In this document: positions 33,101 through 43,610 of the stretch, piece after piece
Numbering within the stretch: position 1 is the first letter of the stretch
Layout: every line of letters begins with the position of its first letter
The notes under the pieces: generated by a model
The model's input: only the letters and a program-made list of their open reading frames with translations
Told to the model about the DNA's origin: nothing
Databases searched by the model: none
Position numbers and translations under genes: made by a program
Assembly (NCBI GenBank): GCA_964252035.1
Contig: OZ176200.1
DNA length: 64,000 nucleotides
Strand: one strand, 5' to 3'
Source of the DNA: Podarcis erhardii
Lineage: Eukaryota

Positions 33101-34798
33101 ATTTGCTGGAATCCTGTTGCTGGTATTTTTGAAGCAATTCTTCCAATGCTCCTAATGATTGCTGTTTTGGAGGAGGATTGAGTACCACTGATCCTTTTTT
33201 TTTTGACAGTGTGTTTACCTGCTCCTGCCATGCTTCTGCCTCTAGTTCCCGGTCTTTGGATAAGTTCCTTATTCTGCCAGGTGGAGGGGGGGTTCAGCCC
33301 TGGTGCTCTAGTTATGGCTTTGAACCTATCCACTTTCTTACCAGGGCTGCCTGTGGACTTTGTGCAATATGAGGACGTGCACCTGCCAGCTGTGATTCTC
33401 AAGACCTTCTTGCGGGAGCTGCCTGAGCCTCTCCTCACCTATGGTCTCTACAATGATGTCGTCAGTTTCTACAGTGAGTGGCTACCAAGAGTGTCCTGAT
33501 CCCAAAGCAGAAAACTCCTCTAAATACGCTCTACCCAGAGTTGTGCTGTACTCTCACAGCAGATTGGCTGTATTACGCTTTCCCAGGGCAGCATAGTAAA
33601 AGTCCTAATTCTAGTACAGTCATACCTTGGAAGTTGAACGGAATCCATTCCAGAAGTCTGTTCAACTTCCAAGCTCCTGCAGCCAATTGGAAGCTGCGGA
33701 AGCCCCATCGGACGTTCGGGTTCCAAAGAACATTCACAAACCGGAACACTCGCTTCCGGGTTTGCGGCGTTCAGGAGTCAAAACGTTTGACTTGCAAGGC
33801 GTTTGGGATCCAAGGTATGACTTTTTGAGGGCTTTTCCTCTGCAATCCATCTCTCCACATGAAAGCTAGGACTTTGCTTGCTGGTATAAATGCCCCACTT
33901 GCTTTCCTTTCCAGGTGTAGAGGAAGAAAAGCGTGTAGATATTGTTCGCAAAACCCTCCAGAGTCTCCCGGAAGAAAATTACCAAGTGCTGTGTTCACTG
34001 ATGTCCTTCCTTGTGCAGGTGAGCTGTCCCAAAGCATTTCTTTGCACAGCATATATGCAACATCTGAAATTCGCTGCCATAAGATACAGTGATAGGAACG
34101 GGCTTAAATGGCTTTCAGGCTGAATTAGGCTTTTCTCTCTTGTGAATTTGCGAACTATAGTGACTAAATGGCTCCTGTGTGTTCAGAAGCAGAGTACATC
34201 TGGATACTTGATGCTGGGGACAGCCAATGGGGTGGGGTTGTTGCTGTTACACCCCGCAAAAGGCTATGATTTACAACATCTGTTTTGCCATTTAAGTAAT
34301 CTGTTAATGCTTTTCTCTGAAAGCTTGAAGCCTAAATGATTAAAGAAGGAGTTGGTGCAAAGTAGGTTTTATTTCCATTAATCAATAGAAGAAAACAGTT
34401 TCAGGCTAAAATTTCCAGCCTGTGAAGAAGCAAGAATGATTGCTGCCACATTTTAGTGTCTCGTCTGCAAGTTATCTCTTCATGCATGCTTTCCATTGGA
34501 TGTTCCTTTGTGTATAAGCCTAGAGTTCTCTAGAGGCAGATGGTGAGGAACTAGGGAAGACAGAATCAAAATATATTTGTCTCTAAAGTGAAGTATTTTC
34601 TTCCTCCCTCCTACATAGGTCTCTGCTAACAGCGACATCAACAAGATGACCAACACTAACCTGGCCGTCGTTTTTGGCCCAAACCTGCTGTGGGCCAAAG
34701 ATGCAGCCATTACCCTCAAAGCCATTAATCCTATCAATACGTTCAGCAAATTCCTACTGGACAACCAGAGGGAGCTTTTCCAGAGCCTGGAGGCTTGA
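15276..34798 (+). CDS. ARHGAP1: Rho GTPase-activating protein 1 (p50RhoGAP/Cdc42GAP); gene span, 12 coding exons, 435 aa
   Basis: Exons 15276-15408, 16179-16271, 29103-29190, 29511-29642, 29746-29832, 31013-31111, 31754-31861, 32229-32305, 32694-32771, 33345-33473, 33915-34018 and 34619-34798 sum to 1308 nt, all GT-AG and phase-consistent. Motifs: [21 protein letters not shown] domain, [15 protein letters not shown] (arginine finger), [18 protein letters not shown]. Confidence 0.97.
16179..16271 (+). CDS. ARHGAP1: ARHGAP1 coding exon 2 ([17 protein letters not shown])
   Basis: tgtag|AT...GCAG|gtaatg, 93 nt. Confidence 0.95.
17925..19580 (-). mobile_element. 5'-truncated L1-clade LINE (ORF2 C-terminus, 3'UTR, poly-A), host of a nested insertion
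   Basis: [11 protein letters not shown]...QWEKLWK...[16 protein letters not shown]...[12 protein letters not shown]; T-run at about 17926-17935 is the tail. Confidence 0.85.
18231..18701 (-). mobile_element. Second L1 3' fragment inserted into the first
   Basis: [20 protein letters not shown]...[14 protein letters not shown], 3'UTR and poly-A; flanked by 17-bp TSD ccagaacaatgtttttt (18220-18236 and 18702-18718). Confidence 0.85.
19828..19933 (-). mobile_element. CR1 LINE (or CR1-tailed SINE) 3' end
   Basis: (CATAGAAT)n-like tail followed by agagttggaagagacc...gagtccaacccc. Similar tails occur at about 46367-46410 and 52765-52832. Confidence 0.7.
22078..22225. mobile_element. hAT MITE family A-like, diverged copy
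   Basis: atgttgttgg.ctaca...cccatca...gggatgattggagttgtagtcc core; similar copies at about 17734-17865, 21395-21490, 38000-38130 and 43677-43808. Confidence 0.65.
23863..23981. mobile_element. hAT-type MITE family B copy
   Basis: Shares agaggtgccagaactc...gaacacctcccttgttct with 11302-11431. Confidence 0.65.
26816..27052. mobile_element. pogo/Tigger-type MITE (family T1, 237 bp)
   Basis: TIR CAGTGGTGCCTC.CAAGA.GAA / TTCGTCTTGCGAGGCACCACTG, with TA on both sides. Confidence 0.9.
29103..29190 (+). CDS. ARHGAP1: ARHGAP1 coding exon 3 ([18 protein letters not shown])
   Basis: cctcag|GT...GAG|gtgagt, 88 nt. Confidence 0.95.
29511..29642 (+). CDS. ARHGAP1: ARHGAP1 coding exon 4 ([14 protein letters not shown]...REFDRK)
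   Basis: ccttag|C...AA|gtaagt, 132 nt. Confidence 0.95.
29746..29832 (+). CDS. ARHGAP1: ARHGAP1 coding exon 5 ([14 protein letters not shown])
   Basis: attag|A...AG|gtagga, 87 nt. Confidence 0.95.
30127..30163. repeat. (GA)n microsatellite
   Basis: Direct reading. Confidence 0.95.
31013..31111 (+). CDS. ARHGAP1: ARHGAP1 coding exon 6 ([28 protein letters not shown])
   Basis: ttgcag|C...AA|gtgaga, 99 nt. Confidence 0.95.
31754..31861 (+). CDS. ARHGAP1: ARHGAP1 coding exon 7 ([16 protein letters not shown])
   Basis: tgtag|G...CA|gtgagt, 108 nt. Confidence 0.95.
32229..32305 (+). CDS. ARHGAP1: ARHGAP1 coding exon 8 ([25 protein letters not shown])
   Basis: caacag|C...G|gtgagt, 77 nt. Confidence 0.95.
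32694..32771 (+). CDS. ARHGAP1: ARHGAP1 coding exon 9 ([13 protein letters not shown]; arginine finger)
   Basis: cccag|CT...G|gtaagt, 78 nt. Confidence 0.96.
33345..33473 (+). CDS. ARHGAP1: ARHGAP1 coding exon 10 ([21 protein letters not shown])
   Basis: accag|GG...A|gtgagt, 129 nt. Confidence 0.96.
33617..33823. mobile_element. pogo/Tigger-type MITE (family T3) in ARHGAP1 intron
   Basis: TA|CAGTCATACCTTGG ... CCAAGGTATGACT; CpG-rich interior. Confidence 0.8.
33915..34018 (+). CDS. ARHGAP1: ARHGAP1 coding exon 11 ([12 protein letters not shown])
   Basis: ttccag|GT...CAG|gtgagc, 104 nt. Confidence 0.95.
34619..34798 (+). CDS. ARHGAP1: ARHGAP1 last coding exon ([18 protein letters not shown]...QSLEA*)
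   Basis: catag|GTC..., TGA at 34796-34798. Confidence 0.96.
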   Translation, partial: VSANSDINKMTNTNLAVVFGPNLLWAKDAAITLKAINPINTFSKFLLDNQRELFQSLEA

Positions 34799-34966
34799 TT
34801 GAGAGCCTGTTTGTGCTGACACACCATGTGTCCACTGTGACCACTTCCTTCCTTCCTTCCTTCCCTCCCCCTCCCCTTTTCCTTTCTATTTTATCTTGGA
34901 ACCGTGGCCAAGCTTAGAAAAGCATAAGGTGATGAGTGGAGTGAAAGAGGAGTAGGAGATGGCATT

Positions 34967-34968
<2 letters not shown>

Positions 34969-35001
<33 letters not shown>

Positions 35002-35021
35002 CACGTGTGCATGAAAGAGGA

Positions 35022-35047
<26 letters not shown>
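34969..35047. repeat. (GT)n and (GA)n microsatellites in ARHGAP1 3'UTR
   Basis: (GT)n 34969-34998; (GA)n 35022-35047. Confidence 0.95.
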
Positions 35048-35053
<6 letters not shown>

Positions 35054-37999
35054 AGAGAAGGGGTGGTCAAGTGGGCTGGGAAGCTGGCCTCCCCATCTCT
35101 AGAAGTGGAGTGTCCAGATTCCTCTTAATTCCTTCAGTTCCCTTCCTTTCCCAAATTGCTCCCATCAAGTAGCTCTTCTTGTACCCCAGCAGAATCCCTA
35201 CCTCTTGGTGCCTGTGTGATCTGGACTAATATGTGTTGCTGCAGTGGCCCTTTGGCTGAGAGGAATCTATTTCTACTTCTCTTCTTTGGCTCACATTGGT
35301 TCTCCACATGCACCCAAGTCAGTTCTGAGCATTCCCATTTTGGAAGGCTGCGGCCGCTACTGAACACAACCAGCTTGCTACCCTTGATGGAAAAGCTGAC
35401 CCCATAAGCCCTATGGAAAACATGGGGTATAAAAGAAGATTGCTTTGTCCTGGAAGTGCCCATGTTTCTGAATAGAGAGCTATTTGTACATTTCAAGGAA
35501 CTCTAGCACTTGTGGTAGTTGCTGTTACAATTTCCCTGCCATGATTTAAAGGTTAGTGCCCTCAGATATTGTGGAGACCACTCTATCTTTTTGTAATGCC
35601 CTTCTGAAGAGAGTTTCTCTGCGAAACTGGCCTTGCCATTAAGGTTTTCCATTTGGGGGCGGGATAGTGATTTTGTGTGTGTTTTGCTCTCCCCCCTGCC
35701 AGACGGTAGGAGTCATGCAGGGGGTGTCTGCTGTGGTGGTATTAGCTCTTCAAAATGCCAAAGGCCAGATTAAAACACTGCCCATTCCTGTAACTGAAGC
35801 ACAGACATCTGTGCCTCTGGTTGCTGCTGCCTTACCATTGCGATGAGAGCATACTCAAGCAAAAGACAGATCACTAAGGCCAAACTCAAGAACCTTATGC
35901 AGAAACCTCCTTGCCCCAATCTACTGGGCAATCTTGTGCCAAAATTAGGGGAAGGTGAGTTTTCTCATTGAAGGATCACTGCCATTGTGTCCTTGTTGAG
36001 CTGAAATATAGTTGTTTTACGAATACCAGAATGGCTCTGATGGACCCTTTGTTTCCTTGGCACATGGAGATAGGAAGCATTGCTGCTCTTTTCTCTCACC
36101 TGAGAAAGGTTATGCAGCCATGCAATATGGTTATTCCATAGATTCTTGTCTATGTGAGTTGTTCCCCCTTTCAGATCAGAAAGCTGAGTTATGCTGAACT
36201 CTAAACTAGGCTAAGCCATTGGCCTAAGCACATAAGTTTTAAGCCAAATGTGTTCTCTCAAAAATAGCAGTTTTCTGCTGAGCCTATAGAAGCTTTTGCT
36301 TTTTAATAGTGTTGTAAAAGTGCATTTTCACAATGTATTACTGCCAACTGTCGTAAGGCTATTTTGTCCACACCCAACCCATTAGTTGGCCCTGTAAAAT
36401 AGCAAGCTTGGAGTTTCACAGGATTACAGAGAAGTTGGAGATGCTTTTCTCCACCTTCCCAGAACCTGTGGCTTCCTGTCACAAGACAGTTAGAGGGAAG
36501 CTGGCAAGGTGTGTTTTGTAAATGCACAGTAGGCTACTGTTTAAAACTGAATAAAGGAAGGCCTGTGCTATGGTTTTAAAGTAACAAATGATCAGCACTA
36601 AAATCTGCATGTGAATTATCAGTGCCCGTAGCCCAGCCAGATCCAGTGAATTGGATTCCACATCTGTCACAGATGGCTGGAAATGGTGAACCGAAGTGCT
36701 TGACACTATTATGAGGGGCTGACTAATGTGTTGGTCAGAGTTCATCATCCTACGTAAGGTACAGGATCAGTCAGCATATAGGAAGTGTTCAGTCTGATAA
36801 CATATAAACTTAGTTCAAAATTTTGGAACAACACAGCAGTTGGGAATATTGATTTTTCTGTTTAGCTGAGACATGGAGAGGCTTTCACCAAGAACACTAA
36901 CAAGTGAACGGCAATGGGAGGAGCAAGAGCCTTTTGCCTTCTAGTGTCTCTTGTATAGAATAGTTTAGCATAGTTAACTTGCTCGCTCCTGTTCAGAGTT
37001 CCCAGGTTGGAAGGAGAAGCAGCTGGTTTCCATGGAAACCATTGCCTCGGAAATGGAAGGCCCAGGCACTTTAGGACACAAGGCTGCAGGTTCAGCCACT
37101 GCACTGTAACATTAATTCCTCATCTTCTTTTAGGATTAGGAGCAAGATCAGGCAGGAGGGAGAAAGTGCTGTCATAGCTGCCCAGTAACACTTTTATGAA
37201 GTCCACAGATTCCCAATTTGTGTGCGTGTGTGATTTCCCCCACCCCCCAAACACATTTTAAATCTTTGTATTGCTAGCTACTGCACACAGTTAAAAGTGC
37301 ACTCACAAAGCCCTGCAAGTAAGCCAGTGTAAAATAGCTCTGTTGCTTTCCCTACTTTGTGGGAGCTTCCAGGACACCTGGAGTACATACATGGCAGCAA
37401 TGTCTGCTTTGCCTCATTGCCCTCTCCCCTCACCATTTTTTTTCCATTTTCAAATCTCTTACCATTGTGGGCGATTGGTGGAGCTGCATGCTAGGCCTGA
37501 CTGCACCCTACGAATTAAGTTTGCATCCTTGGCCAGTTAACTCCGAACTTCCTTCCCCTTCCCTTTTTTTGATGGCTGCCATGTGTGCTGTCTGAATTAG
37601 GATGGTAGGCATCCAAGCAAGTGGTTGGAATTACTAGAAGACCAGCATCTCAAAGGGCCAATTATGTCCTTCCATGCTCCTCTTGTAATAGAGGCCAAGA
37701 GCTGGTTAGATCGCCATGGCTGCACATTGTTTTTTGTCCTCCTGCAAACTTCCAGTGCTACACCTGCTTGGCTGCCTCCTTGTCATGTAGCTTCCATGTT
37801 AGATATTGGCCACAGTGCTTTTGTGGGTGGAGCGCTCCATCTCTATTGTATCCTTTGCTTGCCTAATAAAGCCCATCAGTGTCTTGGTACCCTCTGAATA
37901 CACTCTGTGCTCGCACCTCTAGCAGTCAGTCATGTATCTGTAGTGAGAACAGCTTACGGGTGCTGCTGCTTATGCTGAAGCTAATTGGATGCCTTGTGG

Positions 38000-38130
38000 T
38001 AGGAGTGGGGAACCTGTGGTCCTCCAGATGTTGGACTCCAGTGCCCATTAGCCATAGCCAGCCTGGCCAGTTTTCAGGGATGATGGGAATTGTGATCCAG
38101 CAACATCTGGAAGGCCGCCGGTTTTCCACC
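38000..38130. mobile_element. hAT MITE family A-like copy in ARHGAP1 3'UTR
   Basis: gggaacctgtggtcctccagatgttggact...gggatgatgggaattgtgatccagcaacatctgga. Confidence 0.65.
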
Positions 38131-38405
38131 TTTGCCTTATGGCAAGTCTCTTTGCTGACTCAGCAGAGGTCTTTGATGGCCAAGTGACCCCTGGTTGCGT
38201 GTTCTCCACTGGGGTCTGTATGCAGAGTTTACAGCTTTGCTTTTTGTTGCTGTTATCTTGCATTTTTGTTCTCATTGATGTTTATTGGGAGCAGGGCTGG
38301 GGTTTTTTATTTTTATTTTTACTGTGACATTAATTTACACACCCATGTTTATTTCCTTCTAATGGTACCAATCTTGTATTTCACAGTTTGCACTTTTTGT
38401 ACTTC

Positions 38406-38411
38406 AATAAA
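38406..38411 (+). terminator. Likely ARHGAP1 distal polyadenylation signal AATAAA
   Basis: AATAAA preceded by U-rich and TGTA motifs and followed by GU/U-rich ttttggtgtttttc; a second AATAAA lies at 37865-37870. Confidence 0.55.
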
Positions 38412-38908
38412 AACCCAAAGCCAATACCAGTTTTGGTGTTTTTCTTCAATGTGTTGTTCTAGAATCAGTCAACAAAAGAGACTGATTAGTATCATCCACC
38501 TGGTGCCTATACAACAATACAGTAAGTGGTGAAATGCATATCTAATCCCCTTCAGGGATAAGGTTATTTGTTCATCCTTTGCCCAGTGTAGCACTGTCTG
38601 GTAGGTGTAAATTGATCATGGGACTTTTCCACCTTTTATTCAGGCTGTACTTTGTTACATTACTTGCTTCATAGCTGTCTGTGCTATATACAGTAAACCT
38701 GCAGCTTGTGCTTGTTTTACTTGTGCAATCACCTTATGCAGATGAGGAATAGAGCTGGGGAAATCCTCCCCTGTGTATATTTATCCCGCACCCCACACCC
38801 CCAGCAGGGTATTCCTTGTTTACTGGGCTTAGGGAAGGAAGTTCATAATCTTGACTTTGAGTGAGGAACTGAACCCTCATGTAGACCCACTGTATTTAAT
38901 ATAGTATA

Positions 38909-39262
38909 CAGTGGTGCCTTGCAAGACGAAATTAATCCATTCCGTGAGGCTCTTCGTATAGCGGTTTTTTCGTCTTGCGAAGCAAGCCCATTGACAGCTT
39001 AGCGGATTAGCGCTATTAGCGGTTTAGCGGCTTTTAGCGATCAGCTGTTAAGCGGCTTATCAGCAGATCAGCTGATAAGCGGCTTAACGGCTTAGGAAAA
39101 GGGGGGGGGAGGGGAAAAAACCCGCAGGAACTCTCAAGACATTTTCGTCTTGCAAAGCAAGCCCATAGGGAAATTCATTTGCGAAGTGCCTCCAAAACGG
39201 AAAACCCTTTCGTCTAGCGGGTTTTCCGTCTTGCGAGGCGTTTGTCTTGCGGGGCACCACTG
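38909..39262. mobile_element. pogo/Tigger-type MITE (family T1, 354 bp, internal tandem repeats)
   Basis: Same TIR and TA TSD; internal (t/a)agcgg-type repeats at about 38997-39093. Confidence 0.9.
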
Positions 39263-40303
39263 TATTCATCTTCAACATCACTAGCACCAAGTTCTTAGTT
39301 TTAAGGTTTATTCATCTTACGTTCACCAACCTGAACTCATAGCTGATCATTTCCCAGGCAATCATGTTCCCCCAAGTGGAAGCTGGTGAAAATCAATCTT
39401 TGCTAGATAATGGGTATGACAAATGTTTTCCCCTGTGTGAAGGGAGGATGTGCCCCTGCCTTTGACCCCCCCCCTTTTTACTGGCTTTTGGTTTAAGAAT
39501 GGCACTACCACCAACTTCTGTGTTGGTAACCTCAAGGCTTGATCATTCCAATGAACTTTCTGTGGCTGGCCCTTGGGCCTGATGCAGAACCTCCAGCTGG
39601 TGCAGATTGTGGTAGCTAGACTGATGGGGGCATATGGCTGACAACACTAATTAAAACATCTACACTGGTTGCCTGTTAATACAAGGATGTTGAACTTGGC
39701 TTGGTAGTTAATTTACAAACACTAAACAACTTGGGCCTGAGGTACCTTTGGGACCATCTGAACCAGCTCAACTACTGAGTGCCTCTGTAGGCACATTGCT
39801 GGTCATCCCCTGGTATGGCTTATTTGACACCAACAAGAAACCAAGTCTTTCATGCTATTGGTCCAATCCTGTGGAATACTCTTCCACTGGAGATTGAATA
39901 GGTATATTCAATATTCACCTTCAAAACCTTTTGATGGCATCAGACATACGCATAATAAGAAAAACACTGTGGAATATAGGTAGTTGATGACCTGTGATTT
40001 TAAATGTTTTTATTGTGTATATAGAATTGCTGTAAACCATGTTGATTTTTTAAAAAATGAAATTGTATTTCAGTAACTAAAGTAGTTGAAGAGTTAGCAT
40101 TTTCCAGCAGGTCCACCACTTATCTCTTTAAAATAAGACTTTTCACTAGGCCTCTGGCTGACAGCTCAAGTAAGTTACATAACATTTTTATTGGAAAGTA
40201 TATGAATACATGTTGAAGTAACTCTTGAAAATTAGTTCCAAAGAAATATAATGGAGGACCCTTTTCCTTTTAACCAAAACACTTGTAAATTATTAGCTAT
40301 GTA

Positions 40304-40523
40304 CAGTGGTACCTCGGGTTACAGACTCTTCAGATTACAGACTCTGCTAAGCCAGAAATAGTACCTTGGGTTAAGAACTTTGCTTCAGGATGAGAACAGA
40401 AATCGCGCAGCGGTGGTGCAGCGGCAGCAGCGGGAGGCCCCATTAACTAAAGTGGTACCTCAAGTTAAGAACAGTTTCGGGTTAAGAACAGACCTCCAGA
40501 ACGAATTAACCCGAGTTCCACTG
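40304..40523. mobile_element. pogo/Tigger-type MITE (family T2)
   Basis: TA|CAGTGGTACCTCGGGTT ... AACCCGAGTTCCACTG|TA. Confidence 0.85.
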
Positions 40524-41113
40524 TATTCTCATTTACTGCAATGAAGTACCACATAAGGGGCAGTAAGATATCCATCTTTGAAAGTCTGAAAAAAACTGGA
40601 TCCCCGTTCTACATTAGTAAATTAATATCTTGATCAGGTCTAACTAAGGAATAATTTACTCTTAAACTGAACCAAGTAGCAAGACTTGGAAAACCACAAA
40701 GCAAGCAGTATATAAAACCCAGCAGCGCTGCATATTCCGTGCATAGAGGCACATCTGTATTTATTGGGCCCTTCCATGGCAGTTCTGTGCAGAGATATAT
40801 TGGTCTGAAGCAAATGGGACAGGCAGCAACTGGCTAACTTCCTTTAACTATTGCAGCATCTTGGCACGAAGAGGAGAAACTATACAGGCATTGCCATCAT
40901 ATGGAGAAACTTCAGGGGGAAGCTGCAAAAAATAGTTACGAGTGATCTAGTAACTATAATTTGGCTGGTAGGGAGGCAAATGTCACTTGATCATTGCAGC
41001 GGGATCAGCCACTCTGCAAGTAACTAACCAGAGAGCAGGCAGATGTTCCCTTAACAGATTCTCTTGTCAGTGCACTAAAGCCAACTTATGTAGACATTAT
41101 CTCCATAGCAGTA

Positions 41114-41359
41114 CAGTGGTACCATACCTCGAGTTACAAATGCCTCAGGTTACAAATGATTCAGGTTACAAACTCCGCTAACATGGAAGAGTTACCTCAA
41201 GTTGAGAACTTTGCCCCAGGATGAGAATGGAAATCGTGTGCTGGCGGCGCAGTGGCAGCAAGAGGCCCCATTAGCAAAAGCACGCTTCTAGTTAAGAACA
41301 GTTTCAGGTTAAGAACGGACCTCCGGAATGAATTAAGTTCGTAACTAGAGGTACCACTG
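41114..41359. mobile_element. pogo/Tigger-type MITE (family T2)
   Basis: TA|CAGTGGTACC ... GAGGTACCACTG|TA; interior homologous to 40304-40523. Confidence 0.85.
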
Positions 41360-42408
41360 TACTATCATCATCAGCTGGTCTTGGGAAAACCATTGGTCAC
41401 CTTGTAGGTCATTATAGGAATATAATTTCATTGTGCTATATTCCAGTCTGGCTAGAAGGATGAAGAATTCCCAAAGCACCTAACAAACCACAGAAGGCCA
41501 TGGATCAGACATTACACAGTTTGTGGCATTTTGCAAGAGACTTTTAGGGGTAGTTTTGATATTGATATTACTTCTGCCAAAGACAACTACCCAGGAGCAC
41601 TTTAGGCCAGAGACTGGGGTTAGATCATGTTTTTTCATGGACCAGTGTCATGCAAAGGTATTGCCAGTAGGTATTGCGAGTTAGTAATGCAAAACAGCAA
41701 CATGCTTGAAGGCAAGAAATTGGAGCTTCAGCTCATTTCTGTCCAGCAGTAGGGGTGAGAAACCTAGAGAGGTTACATGGTTAAATGATGGCTGTTGCCT
41801 AAAACAAACAAACCCCCTTCATCAACAAGAAATGGAACCATATACTTCAGGAAGTTAACATCTCATTACTTTAATCAGGAAACCATAAATGGTCCTTCAT
41901 GTCCACAGTCATAAGAAATAGTTTATAAGATAACAGGTTGCAGGGAATGGTCTTCGGCATTTTACAGTACAATCCTAAGCATGTTTCCTCAGAATTAACT
42001 TCCACAGAGTTTAATGGGATTTACTCGCAAGAAAGTTTGCACAGGATTGCAGTGTCAGCCTGGTTTCTAATGAAAAGGAAGAAAGAAGTTGTGCCCAGAG
42101 TCTAACTTATCCCTGAGCTGATGCTTAGTATTGTTTTTCCTTCCCCATATTTGGTGAAGAACAGAGCAGGCAGATCAAACACATAGCAATGTCAGCCAAT
42201 CACACTGCTTAATGGCTAAGTCATTACAAAAATAAACTTTTAGCCAATCAAAACCCCATCAATTAAAACAAGTACCACAAACTTCTTTAAAATGTGCTTG
42301 TCTGAAAAAGCTACTTTCTAACTAAGTGCAGATAACAGCGAATGTATAAGCCTGTCAGAGACAATCATTTTAGAAACTTTCTACCAGTGCACTGCATCAA
42401 CGTGCATT

Positions 42409-42414
42409 TTTATT
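42409..42414 (-). terminator. Candidate ATG13 polyadenylation signal (AATAAA on minus strand)
   Basis: First clear AATAAA about 1.1 kb past the stop; others at 40760, 40187 and 40009, so the true 3' end is unresolved. Confidence 0.35.
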
Positions 42415-43532
42415 TATGACATCCACAGACCCAACAGGGCAGAATGGAAATCGAGTCACCAGAAGAGATCACTTTGAAAGCATAACCGTGTCTGTTTCTG
42501 AAAATAAGTATTGTAGTTTACCCTGCAAACGGGAGCGGGGGAAATGACAGCTGTTTGGAACAACATACTTGCAGTGACAAAGGACAAAGCAGCCTATATG
42601 GCTACTTTACAAAGTGAAAGCATCCACATACATTTTTTTTAAATATAGGTTTCCTTTAGAGTAATAAATATTTCTTATTTTATGATAGAGCAGCAACATT
42701 TGAGGGGAATAGAGGAAAGAACTTTGGACTAAATACCCCCCCCCAAATTAAATAACCCTAGAGAATTAGGATTCCTAATTCATATTTACAACTGCTGACT
42801 GTAAACACAGCCTACAAACTCTGGATCTTCTCCAAATGCCACAGACCATGCTTGTGGTCTTGGGGAGGCAATATATTGACACACACCGTGTTGGCAGGTA
42901 ATATGCAAAAAAACAATTCTTTTAGCGTCTGTGGCTTACTTTGAAACTGCACTAGAAAATCAGGTCAGGCCCCTCAATTCTTGTTTCCACACAGATGTGC
43001 AACATTGTGTTTGCTTTGTTTAGGGCACCACTGGTGAAAAACGGCGCCTTGCCCTTATGTTTTAGCTGCACTTGCTGAAGGCGAGCCGGTGTTTGAACCA
43101 CACTAGCAGAATCTACAGTGCTCACAAGACAGTTACATTTAGTTAGCGTTATTTCTGCTTGGCGTTACTGCAGATGCAGGGAAAAAGACTGTCCCCAGGA
43201 AACCAGATTGTAGAGCCCTGTTGAGGGAGGAAGAAGCATCGGTGTCTCTCAACACATGAGAAAACGGAAGAAGAACAGGCCTTGATCTTGTTTCCTAATG
43301 CACTGTATTCAATACGAACCTCACACGGGTAGGAAAGCAAGTCACACCCTTCCCAAGGACTAGTTCAAAGAGATACAGACCACTGTTTCTGCACCTGACA
43401 GAGCAAAGCAATAGTGCCTACGAAATTGGGGGATGGGGGCAGAACAAGACACTAAGGGAAGAAAGGCAGAATGCATGGGCTTCCTTTTCCAGGGTGTCTA
43501 AAAAGTTCAATGCTGCTGTAGAATAAGCTGTT

Positions 43533-43610
43533 TTACTGTAAGGTCTCTACAAAGGCATCAAATTCTTTGACATTTTTCTCATGGACAGCCAGTTTATCTG
43601 GTAGAGAATC
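43533..43610 (-). CDS. ATG13: ATG13 last coding exon ([25 protein letters not shown])
   Basis: cacag|GAT, TAA at 43535-43533. Confidence 0.97.
   Translation of the reverse strand, partial: DSLPDKLAVHEKNVKEFDAFVETLQ

Noticed and set aside
33064-33438. 124-aa minus-strand ORF, and similarly 34480-34827
   Set aside because: Antisense shadows of ARHGAP1 coding exons.
38887-38916. ccactgta...tacagtgg hairpin suggesting a second adjacent MITE end
   Set aside because: Only 8 bp match and no element body lies upstream; compatible with chance.
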